Shown here in pieces: positions 37,999 to 47,832 of a stretch of DNA of 64,000 nucleotides (the stretch's first letter is position 1; the number at the start of each line of letters is the position of its first letter). Position numbers and translations under genes: made by a program. A model generated the notes under the pieces. That model searched no databases and was not told where the DNA came from. It saw only the letters and a program-made list of their open reading frames with translations. Location: NCBI GenBank assembly GCA_964611355.1, contig CAZSYD010000009.1:1-64000 (forward strand), written 5' to 3'. The DNA comes from an uncultured Ignavibacteriales bacterium. Its GTDB lineage: Bacteria; Zixibacteria; MSB-5A5; GN15; JAAZOE01.

Positions 37999-39957
37999 GT
38001 GGCTGAAATAACAATACAACTGCCCGACGGCAGCAGTAAAACATTTCCTTTCGGCGTGACCGGATTTGATATTGCCAAATCGATCTCGCCCCGGCTGGCA
38101 AAAGAGGCTATCGCCGCAAAGGTTAACGGCAAGGCCATTGATCTTTCGCGTTCTCTTGAGTCTGACGCCGAAGTACGGATACTGACCTGGGATGACCGGG
38201 AAGGAAAAGAAATCTTTTGGCACAGTTCATCCCACGTTATGGCCCAGGCGGTAAAAGAGATTTTCCCTGACGCCAAACTGGCTATCGGCCCGCCGATTGA
38301 CGAGGGTTTTTACTATGATTTCGATGTGGAGAAGCCGTTCTCGCCGGAAGATCTGGAAATGATTGAAAAGAAGATGACCGAAATCGTGGCCGAAGATGCG
38401 CCGTTTCATCGCGAAGTATACGATAGAAAAAAGGCTCTGGAAAAATACAGGGCGGAGGGCGAAATCTACAAGGTCGAGCTTCTGGAGCAGATGCCTGAAG
38501 GCGAAGAGATCACTATATACGAGCATTCCAGGTTCGATGATCTTTGTCGGGGACCGCATATTCCCTCCACCGGCCGCATAAAAGCGTTCAAGTTGATATC
38601 ATCGTCCGGCGCATACTGGCGTGGCTCGGAAAAGAACAAGATGCTTCAACGGATTTACGGCGTCACCTACCCGAAGAAAAAGTTGCTTGATGAATATTTG
38701 AAGCGGATGGAAGAAGCCGAAAAACGCGACCACCGTAAGCTGGGCCGGCAACTGGAGTTGTATCTGATTTCCGAAGAAGTAGGTCCGGGGTTGGTACTCT
38801 GGCTTCCAAAAGGATCAGCGATTCGTAACGAAATTGAAAATTTCTGGCGCGAGGAGCATTTTAAGGGCGGATATGAGTTGGTTTATTCGCCGCATATCGC
38901 CAACCTTGAACTCTGGCATAGAAGCGGCCATACCGATTTTTACAGCGAGGATATGTATTCCCCTATAGAGGTGGACAAGGCAAAATACCAGATTAAGCCG
39001 ATGAATTGTCCCTTCCATATCGCCATGTATGCTTCCCGTCCCCGCTCGTACCGGGAGTTGCCGCTTCGCTGGGCCGAACTCGGCACCGTTTATCGGTATG
39101 AGCGAACCGGAGTGTTGCACGGTCTTATGAGGGTGCGCGGCTTCACTCAGGACGACGCTCATATTTTCTGCCGGCCGGACCAAATGGAAGACGAACTGAT
39201 CCGGTTGGTCGATTTCTGTCTGCATATTCTGCGGGCCTTCGGATTCGAGGAATATGATATCTATCTTTCCACTCGCCCGGAAAAGTCAATCGGCGAACCG
39301 TCCGACTGGGAAGCAGCTCAAAACGGCTTGCAAAAAGCCCTGGAATACCATAAATTGGATTATCAGGTCAATGAGGGCGGAGGTGCCTTCTATGGCCCTA
39401 AAATTGACATTGAGATCAAGGATATGCTTGGACGGTCGTGGCAATGTTCCACGCTTCAGTTTGATTTTACCCAACCGGAACGTTTTGATCTTACCTACGT
39501 GGATAGGGACGGCGAACGGAAACGGCCGTTGATGGTTCATCGCGCGTTACTCGGTTCTCTGGAACGGTTTTTCGGTACCCTAATCGAGCATTATGCCGGA
39601 GATTTTCCACTCTGGCTGGCTCCGGTGCAGGTACGCATTCTTCCGGTCACCGATCGGGCCAACGCTTACGGTTCGGAACTGGTAGATAGATTCAGAGAAG
39701 CGGGCATCCGGGTGGAATTGGATGATCGCTCGGAAAAGATCGGGCATAAAATTCGTGAAGCGGAGCTTGCCAAAGTGCCGATAATGCTTATAATAGGAGA
39801 CCGCGAGGTCGAATCCGGCCGGGTCTCGGTAAGACGCCGCAGCCTCGGTGACCTTGGCGCGTTTGATGCCGGTGAGTTGCTGAACCGTATGCGCGAAGAA
39901 ATAAGAATTAGGTCAAATTCGCCGTTGGTCGGCAAAAAGAAGGAGGAATTGGTATAA
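37999..39957 (+). CDS. thrS: threonine--tRNA ligase
   Basis: TGS domain, DLCRGPH, RDHRKLG, KPMNCP, GLMRVRGFTQDDAH, GAFYGPK. Confidence 0.98.
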   Translation: MAEITIQLPDGSSKTFPFGVTGFDIAKSISPRLAKEAIAAKVNGKAIDLSRSLESDAEVRILTWDDREGKEIFWHSSSHVMAQAVKEIFPDAKLAIGPPIDEGFYYDFDVEKPFSPEDLEMIEKKMTEIVAEDAPFHREVYDRKKALEKYRAEGEIYKVELLEQMPEGEEITIYEHSRFDDLCRGPHIPSTGRIKAFKLISSSGAYWRGSEKNKMLQRIYGVTYPKKKLLDEYLKRMEEAEKRDHRKLGRQLELYLISEEVGPGLVLWLPKGSAIRNEIENFWREEHFKGGYELVYSPHIANLELWHRSGHTDFYSEDMYSPIEVDKAKYQIKPMNCPFHIAMYASRPRSYRELPLRWAELGTVYRYERTGVLHGLMRVRGFTQDDAHIFCRPDQMEDELIRLVDFCLHILRAFGFEEYDIYLSTRPEKSIGEPSDWEAAQNGLQKALEYHKLDYQVNEGGGAFYGPKIDIEIKDMLGRSWQCSTLQFDFTQPERFDLTYVDRDGERKRPLMVHRALLGSLERFFGTLIEHYAGDFPLWLAPVQVRILPVTDRANAYGSELVDRFREAGIRVELDDRSEKIGHKIREAELAKVPIMLIIGDREVESGRVSVRRRSLGDLGAFDAGELLNRMREEIRIRSNSPLVGKKKEELV

Positions 39958-40580
39958 GAAAGCCTCTAATACGGGTCAACAAGATGATTCGGGTTTCCCC
40001 GGTCAGGCTGATTGGCCCTGGTGGTGAGCAAATCGGGATCATTCCCACAAAAGAAGCTCTTGAGAGAGCGCGGGAGGCCGGACTGGATTTGGTGGAAGTG
40101 GCGCCTAACTCCCGCCCGCCTGTTTGCCGCATCCTTGATTATGGCAAATACAAATACGATCAGGCCAAAAAAGCCAATATATCGAAAAAGAAACAGCATT
40201 CCGTCGGTCTCAAGGGGATGCGCTTTCGGCCTAAAATCGAGGAGCACGATTACCAGTTCAAGAAAAATCATGTTTATTCCTTTTTGGAACAAGGCAATAA
40301 GGTCAAATGTTTTGTTCTTTTCCGGGGACGGGAAAAGGCCCATACGGAGTTCGGGGCGAGAATTCTCAACCGCCTGGCCGAGGATCTCGAAGATATAGCC
40401 GCCATTGAGAATCAACCGAAAATGGAAGGAAACAGCATGACAATGTTGCTTTCTCCCGCATCGAGCGGCGGCAAAAAAAGCGGCAGAGATAAATCGAGAA
40501 AGAAGCCGCAACCGTCATCCGAACCTCCCGAACCGGTTTCTGCTCCGAAACAGGCCGTTGCCGAGGAAGAAAAAAGTTGA
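39954..40580 (+). CDS. infC: translation initiation factor IF-3, probable ATA start
   Basis: DLVEVAP, PPVCRILDYGKYKY, FRGRE. AGGAGG at 39941-39946, then an in-frame ATA 7 nt later that restores the RVN..IR N-terminus. Confidence 0.93.
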   Translation: MRKPLIRVNKMIRVSPVRLIGPGGEQIGIIPTKEALERAREAGLDLVEVAPNSRPPVCRILDYGKYKYDQAKKANISKKKQHSVGLKGMRFRPKIEEHDYQFKKNHVYSFLEQGNKVKCFVLFRGREKAHTEFGARILNRLAEDLEDIAAIENQPKMEGNSMTMLLSPASSGGKKSGRDKSRKKPQPSSEPPEPVSAPKQAVAEEEKS

Positions 40581-40602
40581 TCGTCAGACTGGAGAATAGA
40601 AA

Positions 40603-40797
40603 ATGCCCAAGATGAAAACGAACCGGTCGGCAGCCAAAAGAATAAGAAAGACCGGTACCGGGAAACTAAAAAGATATAAATCACAGCATCGGCATATTTT
40701 GACGAAAAAATCGCCCAAGCGGAAACGCAACCTGCGTTCATCCACTCTGATTCACAAAACAAACGTCAAACAAATGAAGGTTATGCTTCCTGATTGA
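40603..40797 (+). CDS. rpmI: 50S ribosomal protein L35
   Basis: MPKMKT..AAKR...HILTKKS.KRKR. Confidence 0.96.
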   Translation: MPKMKTNRSAAKRIRKTGTGKLKRYKSQHRHILTKKSPKRKRNLRSSTLIHKTNVKQMKVMLPD

Positions 40798-40855
40798 GCG
40801 ATTTGACTCTGTTTCTGATCCCTATTTCAACATGATGTAACAGGAGAGTGTTGCC

Positions 40856-41203
40856 ATGCCGCGAGCAGTCAATAATGTCGCCGCCAAGGCTCGACATAAA
40901 AAAGTACTCAAAAAGGCGAGTGGAAACTACGGCGGTCGCAGCCGCCTGTACCGTACCGCGCTGGAGACGGTGCACAAGGGATTAAAGTACGCCTACCGTG
41001 ATCGTCGCAACCGAAAGCGGGATTTCCGCCGTCTCTGGATTACCCGGATATCGGCTGCCGCGAAGATGTGCGGCATGAATTACTCTACCTTCATGGCCGG
41101 GCTCAAGAAATCGGGCATCAATCTTGATCGAAAGACGCTGGCTGATATCGCCGCCCGCGATATGAGCACGTTCGAGCGTTTGGCGGAGATGACCAGGGCC
41201 TGA
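40856..41203 (+). CDS. rplT: 50S ribosomal protein L20
   Basis: YAYRDRRNRKRDFRRLWITRI, LDRKTLA. Confidence 0.97.
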   Translation: MPRAVNNVAAKARHKKVLKKASGNYGGRSRLYRTALETVHKGLKYAYRDRRNRKRDFRRLWITRISAAAKMCGMNYSTFMAGLKKSGINLDRKTLADIAARDMSTFERLAEMTRA

Positions 41204-41204
41204 T

Positions 41205-42227
41205 GTGTCAATGGATATAGTTGACCAACTCCGCCGGATTGAAAAAAACGCCACCCGAGAGTTCTTGGCAGCCAAGTCAATCGATTCCATAGAACAGCTT
41301 CGCGTCAGGTATTTGGGTAAGAAAGGCGAGCTGATCGCCATTCTGCGCGGCCTGAAAAATCTTCCGGCAGAAAAGAAGCGGGAAATAGGCGGCCAGGCCA
41401 ATCGACTCAAAGCCTCCTTCGAAGAAATCATCGAGCAAAAGCGGGATGAGTTCTCACGCGCCGTTCCCGGCCGGCTAACCATTGATTATACTCTGCCGGG
41501 CCATCCGTACCGCCATGGACATCGGCATCTGGTTACGCTTGTGATGGATCAGATCGTCGGAATTTTTCAACGTATGGGTTTTGAAATCGCCGACGGCCCC
41601 GACATTGAAACCGATTATTACAATTTCGGCGCTTTGAACTTTCCTCCCGATCACCCGGCTCGCGACGAGCAGGATACCTTCTATGTGGAAGATGATTATA
41701 TTTTGCGTACCCACACTTCCGGGGTACAGGTGCGTGAGTTCGAAAAGCGTACGCCTCCCGTAAAGATCATCGCCCCCGGACGGGTTTTTCGCCATGAGGC
41801 CGTTAACGCGCGGAGCTATTGTGTATTCCATCAATTGGAGGGGTTTTACGTTGATACCGACGTTTCCTTCGCCGACCTGAAAGGAGTGCTGGAGGCTTTC
41901 TGTTACGAGTTTTTCGGAGAGGGTGTCAAACTCCGGTATCGACCCAGCTTTTTCCCATTCACCGAACCGTCGGCCGAGATCGACATTCGTTGTTTCCTTT
42001 GCGGCGGTCAGGGGTGTCCTCTGTGCAAACATGAAGGTTGGCTGGAAATTTTGGGGGCCGGTATGATCGACCCCAGCGTGTTTGACGCCGTTAACTACGA
42101 CAACGAAAAATACACCGGGTATGCCTTTGGCATGGGCGTCGAACGTATCGCTCTTCTGAAATACCAGGTTAACGATATCAGGCTTCTATATGAAAATGAT
42201 ATCAGGTTTATCAGGCAATTTCGTTAG
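41205..42227 (+). CDS. pheS: phenylalanine--tRNA ligase alpha subunit
   Basis: HPARDEQDTF, LRTHTS, FPFTEPS, GYAFGMGVER; CxxC-x4-CxxC insert. Confidence 0.97.
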   Translation: MSMDIVDQLRRIEKNATREFLAAKSIDSIEQLRVRYLGKKGELIAILRGLKNLPAEKKREIGGQANRLKASFEEIIEQKRDEFSRAVPGRLTIDYTLPGHPYRHGHRHLVTLVMDQIVGIFQRMGFEIADGPDIETDYYNFGALNFPPDHPARDEQDTFYVEDDYILRTHTSGVQVREFEKRTPPVKIIAPGRVFRHEAVNARSYCVFHQLEGFYVDTDVSFADLKGVLEAFCYEFFGEGVKLRYRPSFFPFTEPSAEIDIRCFLCGGQGCPLCKHEGWLEILGAGMIDPSVFDAVNYDNEKYTGYAFGMGVERIALLKYQVNDIRLLYENDIRFIRQFR

Positions 42228-42234
42228 ATAAGAA

Positions 42235-44613
42235 ATGAAACTTCCCTGCAACTGGCTGAAAGAATTATCGGGACTGGACTGGCCACCTGACGAGATGGCG
42301 CAGAAACTGACCCGATCCGGCAGCGCCGCGGTTGTTGAAAAGCTGTCGCCGGACCACTTCAAAAACGTCGTCATCGGGCAAGTAATAAAACTGGAAAAAC
42401 ACCACAACGCCGACAAGTTGAAAGTGGCGGAGGTTGATACCGGCGACGCCGTGCACACGATTATCTGCGGGGCGCCAAACTGCGAAAAAGGCCAAAAAGT
42501 TGTGGTGGCTCTCCCCGGCGCAAAGTTGCGCGGCGAGTTTCGGGTAAGCGAAATAAATATGCGGGGCGTGAAATCGGCCGGGATGATTTGCGCCGAGGAC
42601 GAGTTGGGTCTTTCTGACGATCATTCGGGAATAATCGTCCTTGAAGATGACGCCCCCATTGGCCGGCCGGTTTACGAGTACATGGGACTTGATGACGCCG
42701 TTCTTAATTTTGAGATAACGCCGAACCGTCCCGACTGCCTTTGCGCTGTCGGAATCGCACGCGAATTAGCGGTTCTGGCGCAAAAGGATTTCAAGTTTGA
42801 CCCTGTCTTTCCGCCCGAAATTGAAGAAAAAGCGTCTGATCTGGTAAGCGTCGTCATTGATGATCCCAAGGCCTGCCCTCGGTACGCCGCCAGAGTTATT
42901 CAAAACGTCAAGATCGGCCCATCGCCATGGTGGTTGCGGAAACGGTTAACTGCCTGCGGGGTGCGCCCGATCAATAATATCGTTGACATTACAAATTACG
43001 TCATGCTGGAGACGAATCATCCGCTCCACGCCTTTGACTATGACCGTTTCGGTTCAAAAGAGATTATCGTCCGCCGCGCCGTGGAAGGCGAAAAGTTTAC
43101 CACTCTCGACGGGCAGGAACATACGCTCGATAACGCAGTCCTTCTTATTACAAACGGCAGGAAAGGCGTCGCTGCCGCCGGCGTCATGGGCGGCCTTGAA
43201 TCGGAAGTAACCGATACCACGACTACGGTGCTTCTTGAGGCAGCCTGTTTTAACCCATCCGTCATACGCAAGTCGGCCCGCAAACTGGGGACCGCTTCGG
43301 AATCGTCCTATCGGTTCGAGCGTGGCGTTGACCCCGACGGCGTGGTAAAAGCGGCCGACCTGGCGGCTGCCCTGATGGCTGAGCTGGCAGGCGGCAGGGT
43401 TCTGTCGGGCGTGGTTGACAACTACGCCCGGAAGATAGAACCGGTGCGGATTGAATTGCGACCCGAAAGGGTTAGAAAACTTCTTGGCCTTGATATTCAG
43501 GTGTCGTTCATGGAGGCGACTCTTCGCGGTTTGGGTTTGGATGTGGAATCAGGTTCGATCCTTAAGATCACGGCGCCGACTTTCCGCCCCGATATAACCC
43601 GTGAAATCGACCTGATCGAGGAAATTGCCCGGATTTACGGCCTCGATAATATACCCGTTACTCGACGCAATGCGGGACCGTTATTTACGCCAACGCACCG
43701 GCGTGATACGATTAAAGACGAAATCCGCAACATTGTGACCGGGCTTGGCTTTGAAGAAACTCTCGGCAGCGGCCTTGCTCATCCTGATCGAATGATTAAA
43801 ATCGATAACACGATTGAACCTGTCAGGATATTGAATCCTCTATCCGATGAGTTCGCGGTGATGCGTTCGCGGATGCTCTATTCGCTGTTATTGTCGGCCG
43901 GCAATAATATCCGCCACCGCAATATGGATGTGAAGATTTTTGAGATCGGGCGGGTATATTTAAGAGAAAATTCCGGTTATGGTGAGCCCGAATATTTTGG
44001 ATGCCTGGTAACCGGCCGGCGGGAAGATACCTATTGGAAAGCCAAACCGGAGGAAAACGACCTGTTTGAAATTAAGGGCGCGATTGCCGCCATGACGGAT
44101 AGTCTGGGTTTGGGTATGATATCGCTTGAGCCGGCGGTTAAACCGGGATATGATCCCGATCAGTCGTACGAAATAGTCGCAGGCGATGGAATCCTTGGTC
44201 AGATCGGATGCGTGGATCGAAATATTTGCCGAATGTTTGATATCAAGCAGGATTGCTTCGCCGCCGAGTTGAAACTGGATATGCTCATCAAGCTGCACCG
44301 GGGGATTCAGCCGTTTCGCCCGTTGCCGAAATACCCCGCCTCCGGCCGTGATATTGCGGTTGTGGTTGACAACGACGTTCCCGCGGCGAAATTACTGGAG
44401 GAAATCACCACAACGGGAGGAGATATGGTCGAATCGGTCGAGATATTCGACCTGTTTGCAGGTGATCCGGTGCCGGAAGGGAAAAAGTCGCTGGCTTTTT
44501 CAGTCAGCTACAGATCGGCGGATAAGACACTGGAGGATGTGGAAGTTGACCGAGTCCATAACCGTATCGTGGCCCATTTGAAAGAGAAGTATAAAGCCCG
44601 TCTAAGGGAGTAG
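42235..44613 (+). CDS. pheT: phenylalanine--tRNA ligase beta subunit
   Basis: CGAPN, TPNRPDCL, INNIVDITNY, RFERGVD, DLIEEIARIYG. Confidence 0.97.
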   Translation: MKLPCNWLKELSGLDWPPDEMAQKLTRSGSAAVVEKLSPDHFKNVVIGQVIKLEKHHNADKLKVAEVDTGDAVHTIICGAPNCEKGQKVVVALPGAKLRGEFRVSEINMRGVKSAGMICAEDELGLSDDHSGIIVLEDDAPIGRPVYEYMGLDDAVLNFEITPNRPDCLCAVGIARELAVLAQKDFKFDPVFPPEIEEKASDLVSVVIDDPKACPRYAARVIQNVKIGPSPWWLRKRLTACGVRPINNIVDITNYVMLETNHPLHAFDYDRFGSKEIIVRRAVEGEKFTTLDGQEHTLDNAVLLITNGRKGVAAAGVMGGLESEVTDTTTTVLLEAACFNPSVIRKSARKLGTASESSYRFERGVDPDGVVKAADLAAALMAELAGGRVLSGVVDNYARKIEPVRIELRPERVRKLLGLDIQVSFMEATLRGLGLDVESGSILKITAPTFRPDITREIDLIEEIARIYGLDNIPVTRRNAGPLFTPTHRRDTIKDEIRNIVTGLGFEETLGSGLAHPDRMIKIDNTIEPVRILNPLSDEFAVMRSRMLYSLLLSAGNNIRHRNMDVKIFEIGRVYLRENSGYGEPEYFGCLVTGRREDTYWKAKPEENDLFEIKGAIAAMTDSLGLGMISLEPAVKPGYDPDQSYEIVAGDGILGQIGCVDRNICRMFDIKQDCFAAELKLDMLIKLHRGIQPFRPLPKYPASGRDIAVVVDNDVPAAKLLEEITTTGGDMVESVEIFDLFAGDPVPEGKKSLAFSVSYRSADKTLEDVEVDRVHNRIVAHLKEKYKARLRE

Positions 44614-44617
44614 CGTT

Positions 44618-44884
44618 ATGAATACGGATTCGTTATCCAGACTTGAAGAACGAATTAACAAAGCTATTGCGCACATAGAAAGACTTACCGAGAAAAACCA
44701 TCGACTTGAAACCGAAAACAGGGAATTGAAAGAAAAGATAGAGAGATTTAAGAAGGAACTGAAGAGCAAAGGCGAGACCCTGAATCGTATAGAGGATAAA
44801 TCAACTCGGGTCTCAGAAGGAGTCAGGGATAAAATTGAAAGGCTTCTGGATAAAATCGACAATTACGACAAAAGCAGCCTTTAA
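44618..44884 (+). CDS. zapB: cell division protein ZapB-like coiled coil
   Basis: LEERINKAI..IERL heptad pattern; conserved pheT-zapB-zapA synteny. Confidence 0.7.
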   Translation: MNTDSLSRLEERINKAIAHIERLTEKNHRLETENRELKEKIERFKKELKSKGETLNRIEDKSTRVSEGVRDKIERLLDKIDNYDKSSL

Positions 44885-44892
44885 ATTTTTAC

Positions 44893-44922
44893 TTGACAAG
44901 GCTATGAAACTGAGCCTATATT
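44893..44922 (+). promoter_or_regulatory. sigma70 promoter of zapA-rny
   Basis: TTGACA-N18-TATATT. Confidence 0.65.
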
Positions 44923-44993
44923 ATTAAGTCATTGAAGGAGAGAGGGTTAATAAAAGACGAAAAGGGCCCGGCCGCCAAAGGCCTGTTTTTGAA

Positions 44994-45296
44994 ATGGAAT
45001 CGTTAAAAAGCAAAGTGCGTGTTAATATATATGGCGAAGAATATGCCCTCCGTTCGGAAGGTGACGTGGAGTATATTCGCGAAGTAGCCGGATTTGTCGA
45101 TCACAAAATGCGCGATATGGCTGAAAGAACTTCGAATAAATCGCCATCCCGTGTGGCTATCCTGGCCGCCCTTAATATCGCCGACGAGTTGTTGACCGAA
45201 AGAAAAAAGGGCGACAGCAAACTTTCAACGGTAGAGAAGCGCGCCAACGATATCATTTCCATGCTGGATACGAAACTGGCCGAAACGGTCGAATAA
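44994..45296 (+). CDS. zapA: cell division protein ZapA
   Basis: VNIYGEEY, VDHKM, AILAALNIADEL. Confidence 0.93.
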   Translation: MESLKSKVRVNIYGEEYALRSEGDVEYIREVAGFVDHKMRDMAERTSNKSPSRVAILAALNIADELLTERKKGDSKLSTVEKRANDIISMLDTKLAETVE

Positions 45297-45394
45297 CCGC
45301 CCGATTGGGGACGATTGATTTCCCCCGTCTTTCATTCGTTTTTCTCTCCTCAGCCTTAATATAGATTGCTCTGTCAACAAGAAGGAGCAGACCC

Positions 45395-46960
45395 ATGGAA
45401 ACATCAGTTTTGGTTATCCTGATTATTGTTATAGCCGTTGTAATATCCTTTTCTCTGGCCTGGTACCTTTCGCGGCGAATAGGCAGCCGGAAGCTGGCCA
45501 ATGCGGAAGAAACTGCCAGAAAGATTATCAAGGAAGGAGAAAAGGAAGCCAGAATAAGGAAGAAAGAGGCTGTTCTCGAAGCCAGGGACGAATGGTATAA
45601 AGCCAAACTCGATTTTGAAAGGGAAATTCAAGGCAAAAAAGCGGAACAGACCAAAATCGAAAGAAGGCTGGCCGACAGGGAACTGGACCTGAATCGAAAG
45701 GCCGAATTGATCGGCGATCAGGAAAGAAAACTGTCTGATCGCGATAAGCGGATGTCCGCCCGGGAAAAAGGTATAGGCCAACGCGAGCAGGAATTAGACC
45801 GGCTTATTGGCGAGCAGAACGTAAAGCTGGAGCAGATATCCGGGATGTCGACCGAGGAAGCCAGGCAATTACTCATGGAAAATATAGCCGGCAAAGCTCG
45901 TATGGAAGCTGTGGCCCTCGCCAGGGATATAAAGGATAAGGCGGAACGGGAGGCTGAAAAGGAAGCCAAAGAAATTATCATTCAGGCCATTCAGCGTTGC
46001 GCCGCGGACAATACTGTTGAGTCGACCGTCTCCGTGGTTAATCTGCCCAATGATGAAATGAAGGGACGTATTATCGGCCGCGAGGGACGCAATATCCGTT
46101 CCCTCGAGACTGCAACCGGTATTGATGTTATCGTCGATGATACCCCGGAAGCCGTCATCCTGTCGGGATACGACCCCGTTCGGCGAGAGATAGCCCGCAT
46201 GGCTCTGGAGAAGCTGGTGGCCGATGGCCGTATCCACCCAACCCGCATTGAGGAAGTGGTAGCCAAGGCGGAAAAAGACATGGAGGCTATTATCCGGGAG
46301 ACAGGCGAGCAGGCCGCCTTTGAAATCGGTATCCACAGTCTTCGCCCCGAAGTAATCAATCTCCTGGGCAAGCTGAAATACCGTACCAGTTACGGTCAGA
46401 ATGTGCTCAATCATTCCCGCGAAGTGGCGGTGCTTGCTGGCATAATGGCGTCGGAACTGGGTCTCGATGCGATGACCGCCAAGCGGGCCGGCTTGCTGCA
46501 TGATATCGGCAAGGCGGTCGACCGTCAGACGGAAGGTACCCACACCCAGATCGGAGCGGAATTGCTGCGGAAGTATAACGAGAACCCAATCGTTATCAAT
46601 GCCGTTGAGTCGCACCATGGCGACGTGCCGACTAATACGCCTTATTCGGTTCTTATCCAGGCCGCCGATGCTATCTCCGGATCGCGTCCCGGGGCCCGTC
46701 GTGAACCGCTGGAAAGTTATATTAAAAGGCTGGAAACACTGGAGGAACTGGCCGACAGCTTCAAGGGCGTTTCCAAGGCTTATGCCATCCAGGCCGGGCG
46801 CGAAGTTCGTGTTATCGTGGAATGCGACCAGATGGATGATTTGGCTTCGTCTGTTCTGGCGACCGATATAGCCGAAAAGATCGAGAAGGAAATGGAGTAT
46901 CCGGGCCAGATAAAGGTAACCGTGATTCGTGAACTACGGTCTGTGGAGTACGCCAAATAA
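45395..46960 (+). CDS. rny: ribonuclease Y
   Basis: N-terminal TM, coiled coil, KH domain ([13 protein letters not shown]), HD domain (GLLHDIGK), [12 protein letters not shown]. Confidence 0.97.
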   Translation: METSVLVILIIVIAVVISFSLAWYLSRRIGSRKLANAEETARKIIKEGEKEARIRKKEAVLEARDEWYKAKLDFEREIQGKKAEQTKIERRLADRELDLNRKAELIGDQERKLSDRDKRMSAREKGIGQREQELDRLIGEQNVKLEQISGMSTEEARQLLMENIAGKARMEAVALARDIKDKAEREAEKEAKEIIIQAIQRCAADNTVESTVSVVNLPNDEMKGRIIGREGRNIRSLETATGIDVIVDDTPEAVILSGYDPVRREIARMALEKLVADGRIHPTRIEEVVAKAEKDMEAIIRETGEQAAFEIGIHSLRPEVINLLGKLKYRTSYGQNVLNHSREVAVLAGIMASELGLDAMTAKRAGLLHDIGKAVDRQTEGTHTQIGAELLRKYNENPIVINAVESHHGDVPTNTPYSVLIQAADAISGSRPGARREPLESYIKRLETLEELADSFKGVSKAYAIQAGREVRVIVECDQMDDLASSVLATDIAEKIEKEMEYPGQIKVTVIRELRSVEYAK

Positions 46961-47832
46961 TGGGGCAGTTTAAGGTATTGTTCATCGCCGACGTTGTCGG
47001 CAAACCGGGGCGATATATCCTCTCCCATATGGCCCGCCGACTGAAATACAAATATAGGGCTGATCTCGTCATTGCCAACACCGAAAACGCTGCCGGGGGA
47101 TTTGGTATTACGCCCGAGATGGCCAGCAAAGTTTTTGCCTATGGAGTTGATTGCCAGACCTCCGGCAATCATGTTTGGGATCGAATCGATATCATTGAAC
47201 TTTTCGGGAATGATCCGCGCCTTATTCGCCCGGCCAACTACCCCGACGGCGTCCCCGGACGCGGATATTATATCGCCCAGGCAGGCGAATACAAGATCGC
47301 GATTATTTCACTGATGGGCCGGACATATATGTATAATATCGATTGTCCGTTCAGAACCGCCGATCGTATTCTGGAAAACCTGGATGACGCCAATATTATT
47401 ATTGTTGATATGCACGCCGAAGCGACCTCGGAAAAACAGGCCATGGCATACTACCTCGACGGACGTGTAACGGCCGTCATCGGTACCCACACTCACGTCC
47501 AGACCGCCGACGAACAGATTTCCGAAAAGGGAACAGCCTATATTACAGATGCCGGAATGACCGGAGCTTTTGATTCCATTATCGGTATGAAAAAGAAACA
47601 TGCGCTTGGACGGTTTCTAACGGGTATGCCGAAAAGACTTGCCGTGGCGGAAGATGACGTGCGGATTTCCGGTGCGATAATCATCGCCGATCCGGAAGAT
47701 CGCGGCCGGGCCGTTTCGATTGAGAGGTTTTGTTTACCGATTGATTTGTCAATGCCAATAAAGGATCCGGAGGAGGAGACTACCGATGCAGGGAAAGCTG
47801 ATAGACGGCAAGGCGATAGCGAGGGAGATTAA
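46960..47832 (+). CDS. YmdB-family metallophosphoesterase
   Basis: DVVGKPG, ENAAGG, SGNHVWD, DMHAEATSEK, GTHTHVQT. Confidence 0.93.
   Translation: MGQFKVLFIADVVGKPGRYILSHMARRLKYKYRADLVIANTENAAGGFGITPEMASKVFAYGVDCQTSGNHVWDRIDIIELFGNDPRLIRPANYPDGVPGRGYYIAQAGEYKIAIISLMGRTYMYNIDCPFRTADRILENLDDANIIIVDMHAEATSEKQAMAYYLDGRVTAVIGTHTHVQTADEQISEKGTAYITDAGMTGAFDSIIGMKKKHALGRFLTGMPKRLAVAEDDVRISGAIIIADPEDRGRAVSIERFCLPIDLSMPIKDPEEETTDAGKADRRQGDSEGD

Noticed and set aside
41989..42027. Four-Cys insert in PheS
   Set aside because: Common variant in many bacterial PheS proteins, not novel.
45297..45394. 6S RNA at its common position after zapA
   Set aside because: Only 98 nt, too short for a canonical ~180-nt 6S RNA; reported instead as the long-range helix.
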